This document shows, piece after piece, positions 1 through 15,062 of a DNA stretch of 64,000 bases (position 1 is its first letter; every line of letters starts with the position of its first letter). Made by a program: the position numbers and the translations under genes. This DNA is from Eledone cirrhosa. Taxonomy: Eukaryota. The notes under the pieces were generated by a model that saw only the letters and a program-made list of their open reading frames with translations, searched no databases and was not told the DNA's origin. The stretch spans positions 208,506,001-208,570,000 of the forward strand of contig OZ024742.1 of assembly GCA_964016885.1 (NCBI GenBank). The letters run 5' to 3'.

Positions 1-49
1 TTTTTCTTCTAGTAGTTGGATATCTTCCAAGTACTGCTACTATAATATA

Positions 50-240
50 ACTGTTTCTACTTTTGGCACAAAGCCAGCAATTATCCTAGTGCATTGCTGG
101 TGCTTTATTTTATCGACCCCGTAAAGATGAAAGGAAAAATTAACATAGGTGAGATTTGAACTCAGACTGTAAAGGGCCGTAATTCTATGTCGAAAAACAT
201 GGCGTCCGACCCTCTACCGCTATTGTCAATCCACCACCCT
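50..240 (-). mobile_element. tRNA-derived SINE, family A (diverged copy)
   Basis: Reverse complement matches copies at 3165, 41731, 50615 and 52186. B box GAGTTCAAATC is present; the flanks contain an imperfect TSD-like ctg(c/a)tactata(a/c)tataac. Confidence 0.85.
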
Positions 241-1337
241 GCTGATACTATACTATAACGCCATGTTCCTATATTTCGTGATTTCGAGTGTACTGCTGAG
301 TAGGACAAACTACCTACTCAGCTTAACACTGGCTTTGAATACTTCAAAATTAGTTCCGTCTATTGGAAATATTCGGAATAAAACCCCGCTTGTTTTCCCA
401 TCCGTTGTTTTTTATGCAAATATAAAGTTGCAGATTAAATTTTATTTTCATTCTCCTCACTTTCATGCATAACTGAGAACAATTGTGCGGCCCCACCTTC
501 TATCATAGTCATTAAACAAATTTTCAGAATCAGAGCAATTTCAATATACATCGTTTTGTTCGATCTAAGCTGCAAGCATCCTTGAGATTCTTCGGTGTGA
601 AAGAAGTAGCAAACACAACACTTTCAAACCACACCTATTCATTTTAAAAATGAGATGGAACTATGCTTGGCAAACAGACAGAGAGAACTTAGCTATGGTA
701 CCTTTGATGATAGCTGTGATCGATCAGAACAGACTTACAGCTAAAAATATACAACTTTTATAAACCAACAAGAGAGCTTCAATGTGGTTTCTCGAACTAC
801 CAAAATTTGCGGCTAAATATTCCTTAGACCACTCTCTACAGTCTTATATAAAAAAAGGCATTATATATTGGAGTTACTGTTAGAATGCGTTTGATCATAT
901 ATGTTTCAAACACTGCTGAGCTCTGGATAAATAACAACAATATTGTCTCGTTCTTTTAAACACTACTAGCTTTTCATGCTTTCTGTTAGAATGACATCAA
1001 TAATATATAAACCCGTCCTGAGGTTATTTCTGATATTATCTCCCACCCCCAACATACCTTAAGCATTCTGTAAGTTAAGTATAGTTGTAACCAAGCTCTA
1101 ATAGTAGCTCATGACTTCCCTGGGATACTTTTATATATTCATAATAGGTGGCAGCACTAGATGCGGTTTGAAATATGCCTATCGGATTCAAGTCTCAAAT
1201 ATTTTACTAAAAATAGTCCTGTACGTACCTAACAATTTCCTTGAGATGATAGTGAGGATATTCATGGTAATGATGATGTTTAAATGATAGAATGGATTGT
1301 GAGAAAGGTGTAATGATAATTATAATAGTGGTAATGG

Positions 1338-1473
1338 TGAAGAAGAAGAAGAAGAAGAAGAAGAAGAAGAAGAAGAAGAAGAAGAAGAAGAAGAAGAAGA
1401 AGAAGAAGAAGAAGAAGAAGAAGAAGAAGAAGAAGAAGAAGAAGAAGAAGAAGAAGAAGAAGAAGAAGAAGAT
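1338..1473 (+). repeat. (GAA)n microsatellite
   Basis: Pure GAA run; explains the poly-K and poly-F ORFs. Confidence 0.98.
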
Positions 1474-3164
1474 AACGTGGGTGATGATAATCATTAGAAC
1501 ATTGAAGATGATAATAGCATCACTCAAAAAATTACTGATTTCATTCAATTAACGTGTCTGCCACACCACTAAAATCACTCCCAGTAATCTCTGACCATTT
1601 ACTTACGTATCCGATTGACCCCGATTCAAGCAAGCATGCAGCCTCACTTCACCACCATCTCATCACAATTTTTGTTTTTAGTTCAAGTGTTAAGTCGGCT
1701 CCTAAAAATACATATACAAAATGAACATATATAAAATACAATAAACCAGTCGAAAAGATCTCACAAATCTAATATATTTTGATTGCTACAAAATGGTGGC
1801 TCGACCTTCGCCTAGCTATTCATTATATTAATGCATTTTTATCTTTGTTTTTGTTTTTTCTTTTTTCTTTCACCTGTCTCTTGAACATCAATGAAAATTG
1901 CTATCTAGATGTTTTTATTGTTATACTAGCATGAAATCCCTGATATATCTATCTATACTTCAATATTTTCAGCTCAATAGAAAATTAAAAGAAATAGGTA
2001 TTGGTTGTTCGCTAGAAAAACGTGTCGCACTCCTGTTCTGAAAATGTCTTTATACAATTGTATATCTCTGAACTACACACACACACACAAACGCACTCTC
2101 TCTCTCTCCTACTCTCTCTCACACACACTCTCATTCACTCTATATATATCTCTATCTCTGTCAATCACCCTCTCTGTTTCTTTCTCTCTTTATAAACGCT
2201 TGTATGTGCATGAGATTTGATCTTGTTGTGGTTGTGTGCTTGTGTGTGGACACGTGTGTTATTTGTGTGCGTATGTGTGTGCTTTTGTCTGTCTGTTTCT
2301 GTGTCTGTCTCTGATTCTCTTCAGATCTGTCTCTGTGTGTTTATGTATTTGTATCATGGACATTTCAGACTGAAATTTGTAGTTGCGAGGAATAATGGAA
2401 GTGAAATAATTCGACCATGAATGGAACCTACTTAGGATATCCAGTTAGCCGGAAGCTTACTAAAAAGAAACTAAAACACTTTAACTGATCAAGTATTTCA
2501 TTCACTTTCTCTTTTTTTTTTCTTTTTTTTTTTTTGCAACACAAACAGGGCTGGTCGTTAATGTAATTTGTTTTGTTCATAGTTTAGATAGTTTGCTTTC
2601 CTTGCGGAAACAATATTGAACTAGTCGCTTGTTTTGTGAGTTCAATGTTAATTCTGGCTCTTGTGGTCTTCTCAGAAGTATGCTGTAGACATTCTGAGAA
2701 TATGCTTATGGTTTATATACATCTGCTTAAGGCGATTCGAAGCACTTCAAGTGTATCTCTCCCAAACGAGATCTGGCTGATGGATTATATATGCCATTTG
2801 TTTACCATGTAGTTAGTATATTTGTGTGTAAATATACCCCAATTGTATTGAAATGTAGAATTTATTTAATTTCGTCCACATTTGATAAAATACCAACCTT
2901 TCTTAGAAACACAGCAAACCTTTGTTATATAACATAATGTACGAATCCTAGGGTTCTGCAAAGATAATATATGCAGAAAATTAAAAAAATGTTGGAATTG
3001 TTACTCTGCAACTATTTTCTACAATAATACTTGGCATGATTCCGATTCAGTAAAACAATAATAGTGTTATCACTGTGTAGGAGTTTTATTGCAATGAAAT
3101 CTGTTGGTGTATAGCAGTTGTTACAATATAAAATCTCTTGCATGTTATATATCTATCAAATAAT

Positions 3165-3350
3165 TGTTTCTACGTTAGGCACAAGGCCAGCAATTACCCA
3201 GTGTATTACTGGTACTTTATTTCATCGACCCCGTAAGGATGAAAGGCAAAGTTAACCTCGGTGGGATTTGAACTCAGAATGGCAAGGGCCGTAACTCTAT
3301 GCACCAAAGCATGGCATCCGACACTCTACCAATATTGCCAATCCACCGCC
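3165..3350 (-). mobile_element. tRNA-derived SINE, family A, with 19-bp TSD
   Basis: A box TGGCAATATTGG and B box GAGTTCAAATCC on the minus strand; TATATATCTATCAAATAAT at 3146-3164 and 3351-3369. Confidence 0.92.
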
Positions 3351-4089
3351 TATATATCTATCAAATAATGATTCTTGTTCGTTGGGGATAATTACTCATG
3401 CAATGTTTTTTTAAAAGTAATGCTGACAATTAATTCCAATGCATATTTAGTTATTTATTGTTTTAAAATGCATTGCTTCAGTTGCAAAGGGATCTCAACG
3501 TATATAAAATATACATCAGCACGATTTGTTGCTAAGTTCTTAAACGCCAATAGATTTACTTTCCTACCTTGTAAATATAGTTTCTGTATTGAGTTATTCT
3601 ACTTTATACTGAAACCTGCTGAGATTAACCGTAAGATTCTTCTGCGTCTTTCATTTCTACTAGATATAGTACTTAATAAAAATCCAAATCATTTCACTTT
3701 GCAACTATTGCATTATAGTTTTCTTATTACATTTCAATGGATGGATGCTAGGGTTAAACTTTATAATTTGACATATGGACATTAGTAACCAAATGTAAAA
3801 GATATATTGATATAACATATTAAATTCACATCTGTAAAATAATAATCGCACAATATACAGAAAGGTTATTAAACCAAACCTGGACTGCAAAGTTATTCAA
3901 CGAAAACCATCAATTTATCCTACAGATACAATATAGTGATTTTTGTCTGCCATGTTTGTTTTAAACATTACACATCATCAGCTAAAGAATCTTCTCTACC
4001 AAAATGGGCAACTAACAACAGAGTTTGGCTGAATGAATATGTGTAAAAATAAAAAAAACTCATATAATTATATACACACACACATATAT

Positions 4090-4290
4090 ATATTGTTATA
4101 CTTTGGGAGGGTCATGCTACCAATAAAAACATACTCACGTGTTGTCTTCATTTCAATATTTATTATAATTTTCCGGTTCGTTGGTTGGTTGGTTCGATAT
4201 TGTTAAATCTCTTTCGTCACACATTCTGTGACCTCCTTAGTGAATGAGTTTTTATTTTATGTGAGTCCTTTGTTCTGTCCTACATCATCT
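4090..4290 (-). mobile_element. PLE 3' tail fragment with decayed hammerhead (family of 46445-47230)
   Basis: Homologous to 46500-46720; the minus strand reads CTAAGGA-ggtcacagaatgtgtgac-GAAA at 4202-4244. Confidence 0.7.
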
Positions 4291-4297
4291 GCACGAA

Positions 4298-4330
<33 letters not shown>

Positions 4331-4505
4331 CACAAAACATAATTAACTGGATAAGATTCTGCATATTCATATATGTGTGAGTGCATGTGTGTACATGGCG
4401 GTATGTGTATGGCTCTCATTCATTGTATATGTTTGCGTGCTCTTGTATATACGTGCGTTTATTTGTATCCGTGTCACTGCATATGCATACATATATATAT
4501 ATATA

Positions 4506-4573
<68 letters not shown>

Positions 4574-5872
4574 TGCGTGCCTATATTGTGAATTTATTTT
4601 CAATTTTATATTTTAAAATCAAGATTAAACAAAACGTTGACATTTCTGAAGAAACAATGACTCTAGCAACTCCTTGTGGCATACGTATTGCTATGACACA
4701 CTGAGAATACTTTAAACAATTGCCTCATATGCTACAATAGTTTTCATTCAAGTGAATTAACAGTGTTCTTCTCAGCCGACACTTTCTTGCCATTTAGAAT
4801 TATTGGATTTTTAAATCCTTTTTATCATCAATACTTGACAATTATACAGTTATTGTCTTTCAGTGTATTTGTGTTTTCTGTTATGATTTATTTTGTTCTC
4901 AATACATCAATTATTGTAGAAAGAATATGTTTTGTAAGAGCGCACGTTTAAAGATATATGCTTAAACTCTGACCTTTTCCCGAACTGTATAATTCTGTTA
5001 AAGTTCTACACGAAAGCAGTAACGCATACAATTCTCTCGAAACAATATAATGATTTGCAATTTTTTGCTGATATTTTGTGTTATTCCTCCTGCTACCACT
5101 GCGGTCTTTGTTGTTGGTTAACCCTAGATTTTCAAAGATAGAGCACAGATATGATGAACGGACATTCAAACTTTAGAAAACCGCCCCTTTCGAACTTTCT
5201 ATGACTAAATTAACTAATGTGTCATTACCTATATTAATGACGGTAGACAGTGATTTGAAGGAATGCTGCTGCTATGTCTAGCAACTTAACTGGCTCTCTA
5301 GAGATTTAATATTATTTAGGCTATTGTTTTGAAGTTTATACTTGTACATATATATTGCATTATGTGCCAAGATTGCTTGAATATTCATATAGACATACAT
5401 ATTGAGAGTATAAACATGGAAATGTAAAACTTACAAGTTTCCCTAGTAGGTGGGGAAAAATGATTAATTAATTTTCTACTCTTATTGGGGTGTTCATATC
5501 TAAATATATATTAAATGTGTATATCTATATACGAATTCATGAAGTTTCGGTTAATCATGTACTGTATATGTACAGATATGTATTTGTCATATATTATGGC
5601 TGCTCAGAGCATAACGCATCAAAATAAAATACATACAACATCACTAATAATATGCATATTAGTACATTGATTTAATGGTGAATTCTACATTTGGTAAGTT
5701 TTATAACGTATTTATATGTGGTTGTTTGGTGATTTTGATATTTTACTTATTATGTGTGTTCGTTATTGTTTTATCTATATATTTATATAAATATATATAA
5801 TTGTTTGTGTGTGTGTGTGTGTGAATGTGTACGTGCAATTGTATACCATGACTGTTGGATGATAACGTTATA

Positions 5873-6090
5873 ATATGTGATTGGTAGTATCGGTAGAGAG
5901 ACGCACCGCCATGCTTTGCAGCAAAGAGTTACAGCCCTTTATGATCTGAGTTCAAATCCCACTGAGGTTAACTTTGTCTTTCATCCTCACGAGGTCGATA
6001 AAATAAAGTACCAGTCACGCACTGGTATCGATTTAATCGACTTTCCCCTCCCCCAAAATCACTGGCCTTGTGCCTATATAAGAAACCAAT
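5873..6090 (+). mobile_element. tRNA-derived SINE, longer variant of family A
   Basis: TGGTAGTATCGG...GAGTTCAAATCC; carries an extra internal segment (gatttaatcgactttcccctcccc) absent from the other copies. Confidence 0.85.
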
Positions 6091-6670
6091 ATTTAAACAG
6101 AGAAATTGTACAATATTCACTTAGAAATAAATCATTGCATTGATCTAGCTTTTTAATTATCATGGCAGCAGACTCTGGCAGCAGAACGAAATTTCCATTC
6201 CTGACTGCGTTACTTTGAACACCATATACTGCGTCAATAGAGTAAATATTGTCTTACCTACGCTGATATCGTTGAACACAACTTCATTTAGACTTTCTGT
6301 AAGAATCACCCCTATGGAATATCTTATTATCGTAATCAATATAGCATCTAAGAAATGGGTTGAGTAGAACACTAATTCATTCCTAAACGGTAAGTTCAAG
6401 AATTTTTCTTTTGACTTTGAACTACTTAACACAAGAAGGGGTGAAAAGAGCATATGTAAAACTTTACTCAGAAGTCAAATTATTTGTACGAAGATGAATA
6501 TTGCAGACTTGGCTGGCAGGGTCCAGATCGACATATTGAACAAGCGTCGATCGAAGGAATGTGAAAGATATTTGGTTGACGAGAACTGTGAGGAAGTGTA
6601 ATTGATTAATCACTCCAGGCATTTTAGCAATAGATTAAATCTGTTACCATTTTAACATATTCATTTAGAC

Positions 6671-6975
6671 CAGGAGTTCTCAACCTTTTTTTCGCTGTGG
6701 ACCACCAAAATAAGTAATTTTTTCCTGTGGACCACCTAAACTTTAAATATTGTGTAATAGAACTGCTAGAGACATTCTAACCACATGCCCATAGTATCAG
6801 AGCTGTGAACTCGAAATTTTCAAATATAATGGACATGTGTGTAATTAAATAAAATATATTAGTTACAGTTTTGTGAAATGGCTACAATTTTTTTATGGCT
6901 ACGAATTCTCTGTGGACCACAAGAACTGCTATGTGGACCACCAGTGGTCCACATGGACCACGTTGAGAATCAATG
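6671..6975. mobile_element. hAT (Charlie-like) MITE
   Basis: TIRs CAGGAGTTCTCAAC / GTTGAGAATCAATG; 8-bp TSD ATTTAGAC at 6663-6670 and 6976-6983; repeated subterminal GTGGACCAC. Confidence 0.88.
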
Positions 6976-7448
6976 ATTTAGACCCTAGGCATCTACAACA
7001 AACTTCACACCGTTGAAAGACGTCAGTTTGAAAGTAACATGCTTCGAATTCCCTAGCTTACCTTCTTTCTAATATGTTTTATCTACACGTTCATTGTCAT
7101 AAACGGATATGGAACAATAACCATCAGAGAGAAATGAATGCGTAATATACACGCATACACCCACATCTATACACACATACATATACACATGCACAAACAC
7201 GGACGCACACTCACACACACACACACATACATACATATATATATATATATATAAATACATGTATATATGTATCTATGTATGTAAACGGTAAAGAGAAATA
7301 ACAAAGCAAACGTCACTGTACATTGAACAGTTTATTATATATATATATATCATTTATATATATAACGAAGAGGGTATGGTAAGATACCAGATGGAACTTA
7401 ACGCACCAGAGTACGAGGTGTAGTAGAGTGGGTAATATGAAAAGATTC

Positions 7449-7513
<65 letters not shown>

Positions 7514-7529
7514 ATGTATATATACATAT

Positions 7530-8292
7530 CCTGGTCATTCTTCCCACCATGTGTCAGTCCTGGGTGTCCTTTTACATGGATCACAAGCCTCACGCACCAG
7601 GACTGAACAAAGTCTGATTCACCGCATTGGGTCCTATTGCCCTCTTGGACTCAACTCACCCCCCCCCCCACTTTATTTTATACGCCGTCCATTATTACAC
7701 GTTCTTGTAAATTCACCCCTATATTCTTATCTCTCTCTCTTAATTATTAACATCTTCTCTTACAACTAATACAGACGAACTAAATATGCTCGCTCCACTT
7801 TTCCCTTCACAGCTCTGTATACACACATACCCACCATTATATTAACATACTTTTGCTCATAGATTCGCACTTACATACACACACACTCTTTTACTTACAT
7901 ATACACACACATCACTTCTTAGCTTCGTACGGACGTATAATAACACGAACACGCACATGCTTACCCACGTGTATAAGTATAGCTCGTTTTACAAAAACGG
8001 TTTTTTTTTTCCATTTCAAGTAGACGCTCTCTATCACCCACTTTTCTAAAAAAGATAAATCATACAAAAAACACCAGCACAAACAGTTTTCCAAGAGATG
8101 TCAACATGAATGGACCTGTTATTTTTATCTAAAGACATTTTTTTCAATTCCAATCCGCCAGTCCTCTCAATCTATCTTATTTTTCATTATTTCTTCTGAT
8201 GAAGAACTAGCGGTCGAAACGTAAAGACCCTCTTCCTGCTATAACAAGCGTTAACCTAATATATACCTTCCATATAGTGTACCGATTGTGTT
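7530..8292 (+). mobile_element. Neptune-like PLE 3' end (endonuclease C-terminus, UTR, HHR)
   Basis: Translation HSSHHVSVLG...RTRTEQSLIHRIGSYCPLGLN resembles a GIY-YIG EN C-terminus; HHR at 8192. Confidence 0.7.
8192..8227 (+). ncRNA. Minimal type I hammerhead ribozyme
   Basis: tctt CTGATGA agaactagcggtc GAAA cg TA aaga; stem I tctt/aaga; palindromic ACGT stem III; weak stem II. Confidence 0.75.
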
Positions 8293-8335
8293 ATTTCTGT
8301 TTACTTTTTACAAACACAGACACGCACACATACGT

Positions 8336-8409
<74 letters not shown>

Positions 8410-8705
8410 TTCTATATATATATATATAAAACGAAGAAGTATACATATCTCTATACGCGTATAGATACAGGTATAGATACATACATACAGAGTGTCCAAC
8501 TTATACTGTTTCGTTCAATGAAATAGTTAATCGAACTAACAGATTCAGAGCCTAATAATATCAAAGCAAACAAGTTAAGACAATCTTTACTTACTCACTT
8601 TAATGTCCCTACTACAGTTTCAATAGACAAATAACGGTATTCCAAATGGAATATCGTGAGAAAACCTAGACCATTGGGAGGCTTTTCCCTATATACGTAT
8701 ATATA

Positions 8706-9081
8706 CCCAAAATTAAATTAAGGGTGTCATGTCCGAAAGACATGCGCCATATCCACTGTAGAATATGCTCAAAGATTCCAATGAATAGATCCGTAATGAA
8801 ATATGTACAAGGGAGATTAATCATTTTAAAAAGGTATCTATATTTGAAGTTCTAGTTAAACTTTAATTAGTTACCTACCTAGCAGTGTGTACTTACACAC
8901 TTTACAAATTATCCCCTGTGATTGCTTCATGTGTTAATTTTATATATATATATATATATATGTCCATCAATTTCTAGTTGATATAAAATGCTCGGATCTA
9001 TTCATTGGAATCTTTGAGCATTTTTCTACAGTGGATATGGTGCATGTCGTTCGGACATGACACCCTTAATTTAAATTTGGA
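8706..9081. mobile_element. MITE-like or fold-back element with ~95-bp inverted arms
   Basis: 8706-8801 is the reverse complement of about 8992-9081; TA-rich flanks; the terminus recurs at 21628-21650. Confidence 0.7.
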
Positions 9082-9513
9082 TATATATACTGCCCCTTAA
9101 TTGTAGAGCTAACTCAGTTGAAAGGACTCGGCTGCTATTTCTAGCTGTCGATAATCCTATTCATGCCCCTGGGATGACGCTGGTACGATGTGTGTATTTA
9201 AAAAAAATGCATCACGTGCGCCGGGTCATTCCCAGATTTGCATTTGCTGTGTAAACACAGATTGTTAAATCTGCTCCCTTGTTGAAAATCCAGGATTTGA
9301 CTAATGTGATTCTTTTTTCTTTACATTCATCTACCTGAAACGTTCGATCTCCTCTTCACTTTATATTCAGCATAACTATTTCAACTGCATCCGCATTGTT
9401 CTTATGTTTGTGGAGATATGTTGTGAATCACATGTCTTCTTTATCACAATTTTTTCAATTATTTTGAGTCATCACACCCTACTCTCTCTCCCACCCTCTC
9501 TCCTTCTTCCTCC

Positions 9514-9546
<33 letters not shown>

Positions 9547-9664
9547 ATTATATATATATATAAATGATATACACACAAATACAGGCATATATAATTGTGT
9601 GTCCGTGCGTGCGCGTGTATGTGTCTGTGTGTGTGTCTGTGTATGCGAAAAGTAAACGAAATCA

Positions 9665-9930
9665 TCAGCAAACGATGCAGTACAAAGAAGGTGTTTTTTA
9701 GATTAACGCTTGATATAGTAGGAAACGATTATTAACGTTTCGAATGCTCGTCCTTCATCAGAAGCTATAATGGGAAATAAAAAAAAATAATAAAAGAGTG
9801 GAGGAAACGGAATCATTTTATTTTGGAGGCGGGGAGAAAATGCATGTGGTCAATCAGTCCTTTTTTGGAAGTGTTGCTCAGAAGGTATCTTAGGTATTAG
9901 AGATTTTGAAAGGGGGGTAATCTTTGTGCA
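9665..9930 (-). mobile_element. PLE 3' fragment, same family as 8190-8290, with HHR at 9730-9765
   Basis: Minus strand gctt CTGATGA aggacgagcattc GAAA cgtt; downstream caagcgttaa shared with 8245. Confidence 0.65.
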
Positions 9931-11501
9931 TTGTGTGTGCTGATTAACATATTTTTCAGCCAAAAATCTGTAACTGAATTATTAGAGACCGATAATACAA
10001 ATGCCATTTATATGATGCCAAAAATATTAGCGACTAAATCCTTTAAAATAGCGTTCCTGTGTGACTGCTGTCCTGTGAATAAAGCTATAAGTATAAGAAA
10101 ATCTGGCTATTGTTGCTACAATTCTAAAAATTGGAAAAGACTCTACAAAAGAAAAAAATAGAGAGATTAAGCTAAAAATATTTCATCAAGATTTTACGCT
10201 AATGTAACATCTAGAATGTACAGATATGTTTAAATATATACATTAATCTTCCATAACATAAATATACATATATACCTACATATTTCCATACACATTGTCA
10301 TATTTACAAATAGGAATATATGTGACTTTGGTTATTCTAAATTTTCTATAGCATTGGTTGCATAACATTCTTAAGTAACAAAGAAAGTGAAATACGGTTG
10401 TCTTCACTTACTGTAAAAAAGTACATATTTATCAACTTCTTGAAAAATTCAAACTCTAAAAGATAATACACATTCGTTGTAAGGTAAAATCAACTATGTG
10501 TTAGTTATTGCATATGGAAGTTAATGTTGCATTTTAGCTCGTATCTAACCAGTAATTTAATATTTTGCAGGGCATTGTTTGAATTTGAAGATAACATCCA
10601 TACCTCTATATTTGGGTGCACATGTTTGTGATTACGTTCAAGTGTGTTGTCACAATGATGGGCTTATGCGTTTCGCCATGTATGTGTCCTGGGCATAAGT
10701 AGCAACGTATTTACTCGAGACATATGATTAAAATTATGTTTTCCATGTATTTTCTGTTTATATATTAGAGAGTTTACGTTTAAATTATAGGCATTTCTTC
10801 TTTTTTAACACATAAATAAACACACAATTTTCAATCTTTCGAAAAGAATTTCTAGATTTGAATAATGAACCAGAAACATATTCTACTTATCACAGCTTTC
10901 GGTAAAGAAAATTATCTATATGTACATATTTCATGTAAAATGTTACTTAATCACCTATCTCATTTACGTTGAACATAGCTGTTGAGGAAATCGGTAATGA
11001 TCAATTAATACGAAATTTCTAACTTAACATACCTTTATATCAACAGCTTCATCATGTTGCCTTGAGTAGGACGATTTTAAAAGTTAAATATTTCAATAAA
11101 TTAATTCATTAACTGAGTTTAGATTTTAAAATAAACCTCAAAATATGGACAGATATATTTAAGAATTGCCCGAACCACAATTTTCCACTTATAAAACAAT
11201 CAGTAATGGCGAGAAAATCTTTGAATAGACATTGTATTTATATATATACAATCAAACTGCGATGTTCTTTACTTGTTTCAATATAAGTTTCTTTAGATGA
11301 ATTTTCACGCATTCATATGTAATCCTTTCTGATATGAATAGCAGGCATATCTGAATGCATTACAGTAAATTAGCTAATGAAGTATATACGGCTCAATATA
11401 TCTTGACTGATAAATATTATATAATTAATCATTTAGATGTATAATTGATTTCATCTGTGTAATTACAGATGTACTGACATTAAGAACACGGCATGCCTTC
11501 C

Positions 11502-11503
<2 letters not shown>

Positions 11504-11583
<80 letters not shown>
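11504..11583 (+). repeat. (CT)n microsatellite
   Basis: Pure CT run. Confidence 0.97.
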
Positions 11584-11587
<4 letters not shown>

Positions 11588-11689
11588 CTCCCTTTTGGTT
11601 TTATAACGCTCTGAATAATTAATCACTTAATTCATTCATATATTGAGCAAAACTGATGGATACCCATATATGTTAAACTTTCCTACACC

Positions 11690-12020
11690 GCTACACCCAA
11701 GTTTGCACAAAACATTGCTTCATCTAACAATAAAAAAACTCTTCTCTAACAGAGGAAACAACAACCATATTAGCGGTGAGCAAATTAGGAGTTGTATTTG
11801 TCTGGATAGATCATCGTGCTCCCTCAACAACAGATGCCGAGAACGAAACGTGGTCTACCAGTGCAATATGAGGACGGAACACACCAACAAAGCCGACATC
11901 CGAGTAACCGCCTGCGAGTTTCAAACCCTGTATTACCAACACCAACATTCATTTAGAAATCCGGCTCGATGACACGCAACACCAATTTCTGGCCATAATT
12001 GGAACATATGTGGCACCCCC
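11690..12020 (+). pseudogene. Degraded Hydra-like PLE GIY-YIG endonuclease fragment
   Basis: CICLDRSSCSLNNRCRERNVVYQC...FQTLYYQHQHSFRN parallels the EN region at 17041 and 59158. Confidence 0.75.
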
Positions 12021-12247
12021 TGTTTGAACTTCTTTATAGAATTCTTTCTGCCTTTGTTACACTAAATATAGCTTTTAAAGAATTCCCTTTTCTCTAAACC
12101 CATCAAGCAATGCATTCCACCCATCCCAATCACCACCCTCTCCTACCACAAGAAAAGATATAAATACCACCGTATTGTTTGGACAGTCAGCTTCATAATG
12201 ATTTCTCACGAATGAATCAGTTCTAGTCCTGTAGAACCGTTTCTATA

Positions 12248-12289
<42 letters not shown>

Positions 12290-12435
12290 GTTAAAATACC
12301 GGAGCGTGTTGGAGTTAAACACCCTCTTCGTATTATAGAAATGACAGTAAAAGGTATAGCTCAATGTAATTAAACAGAGCCGAAGAATTATGAAAGTAAA
12401 ACAAAGAAGCCTTCAATACATCAAAAGTCTTTATT

Positions 12436-12476
12436 AGCCAACAATGTTTCGTCCTATTAAGGACTCATCAGGGCAA
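12436..12476 (-). ncRNA. Type I hammerhead ribozyme with canonical stem II
   Basis: Minus strand gcc CTGATGA gtcc-ttaata-ggac GAAA cattgtt ggc; lies near the end of an AT-rich 3'UTR-like tract abutting (TA)n. Confidence 0.85.
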
Positions 12477-14169
12477 TTAAAACAACAAGAAGTATTATCG
12501 GCCAATACAAGCCGGAAACTCCGAAGAATATGGAGTGTACATACACTAAAGTATTGTAAGATTATGGGTAAAAATATATAATAAAAATCACTAAGGAGGT
12601 GTATAACATTTAGAACCATATTACAAATATAGTCCAAAGCAAAAAAAGCCTAGAGCTAAACAAAGGGGGTTATATAGAGCAGGAATTATATATAATACAA
12701 TATAATATAATATAATATACTTTTACCAATATTAAAATTACAATAAAAATCAAAAGGTACAATATACATATGTATATATGTACGCACACGTACGCACATA
12801 TACACATACATCAATACACATATCCATCTTCAACAGCACAAATTAAACCTTATTAAGAGTTTAAATATAAACAAGCATGATAGGAATAAAAATAATAATA
12901 ATAATAATAATACATATACACAATATACATGAGGTAATAATATGATATTATTATAAGTAGCACATATAATATATAATAAACTATACAATTATATACTATA
13001 TAATATAATATAATAGAATAGATAATCTCCGTTTAATTTATACAAACAATATAGATGTCACAATAATACTATAATAATAATATAATAAAATATATAATAT
13101 ACAATATATAATGGCATTCAAGTTAACAAATCAATTCATATAGAGTTACAGAGTGGGTGAGGAAAAATAAATTGTACAATACCCAAAATTATGATGGTGC
13201 AAAAATATAAACATCTTACATGATATATAAAGATTAACATATCACAATGTTACATATAATCAACAGTAAGTAATAAGGATCGATAGTACAATAACAAATA
13301 CAATATAAAATAATTAACATAATATAATATATAATTACTTATAATTACAAGGTTGGTAGACAGACATATATGTGGATGAGTGAGTAAGGGCCAGACAGTA
13401 AATAGAATGCACAGTAGTATTACAAATAAAATAAAATAAATAAATAGAATCAACCGGAAATTAAAAAAACAAAAACAAAAGTATATAGTTAGGTCTCACA
13501 TGCAGTTAAGTGAAAACTTAGGAAACAACCCCGGTAAATGACTCGAAAACCCTATTTGATAAATTAATATTAAAAATATTTAAAATATCTAATAAGGCAA
13601 TACAATATTAGCTATGGTTTAAGTAATCAAAGTTTATAAACGTTAATATTTCATTACAAATATTTACAAAAAGGAATGAAATTTTCTACTATCATATACA
13701 TAACGATATCTAAAAAAACTGACTTAAGCAGAATTATGGTAGGCTAATAGGGACATAAATAAAGAAATATATGGAGGATACAAAGGGGCATAAAATCATA
13801 GTCAATATACTATATTAAATAATAGAAAGGAGCGTAAAAGAGGGGGGATTAAATATAATCATAATCTATTTGGAGGGGTTGACAATAAGTTTATGTGCGC
13901 ATGGGGGGAGTGGGGGGGGGGTTATCCAAAGAAGAATCCAAATAAAAATAAAATAAAATAAAATAAAATGAAATAAAATAAAATAATGTAAAATATATAA
14001 TCAGATATATACTCATAAGGTGTTAATAGTGAAAATTTAATGCGTAAGAAGATAGTTATGGTATAGTAGCCAAAAGATTATGAGAGCTAGAATAAAGAGT
14101 TGTCAAAAACCAATGATAATAATGATGATAATAATGGTGGTAAACAAAAAGAACCTAAACTAAAAAATA

Positions 14170-14662
<493 letters not shown>

Positions 14663-15062
14663 CTCTAATCAATCCTATATTGGATCCACTTCTAATCCGT
14701 ATAAATCGACATTTTATTCACACACCCACAGTTTGCGAAACTCAAAATTAGCTAATACCAATTCTTTAGCAGAAGCAGTTAATAATTGTAAAAAGAAGAA
14801 TATTGACTATAACCTAACTTGGAAGATTCTCAAGATGGCCATTTCTTATACTCCAAGATAAACTTACATAGGAATACAAGTGAAATCATAAACTCGCCAC
14901 CTACGTAAACCCCTTTGTTGAGTCAAACAACGCCGTACGCTAAAGCTATCCATAATAAGAAGTATTCACAACCTCTAATTGGATTACCTATAACGATATT
15001 GTGTTATCCCTTACACCTAGCTCCCATTAGGTTGAGCAAATAATTTAACGCACGGCACTAAC

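Noticed and set aside
1207-1552. Poly-K and poly-F ORFs
   Set aside because: Translation of a (GAA)n microsatellite.
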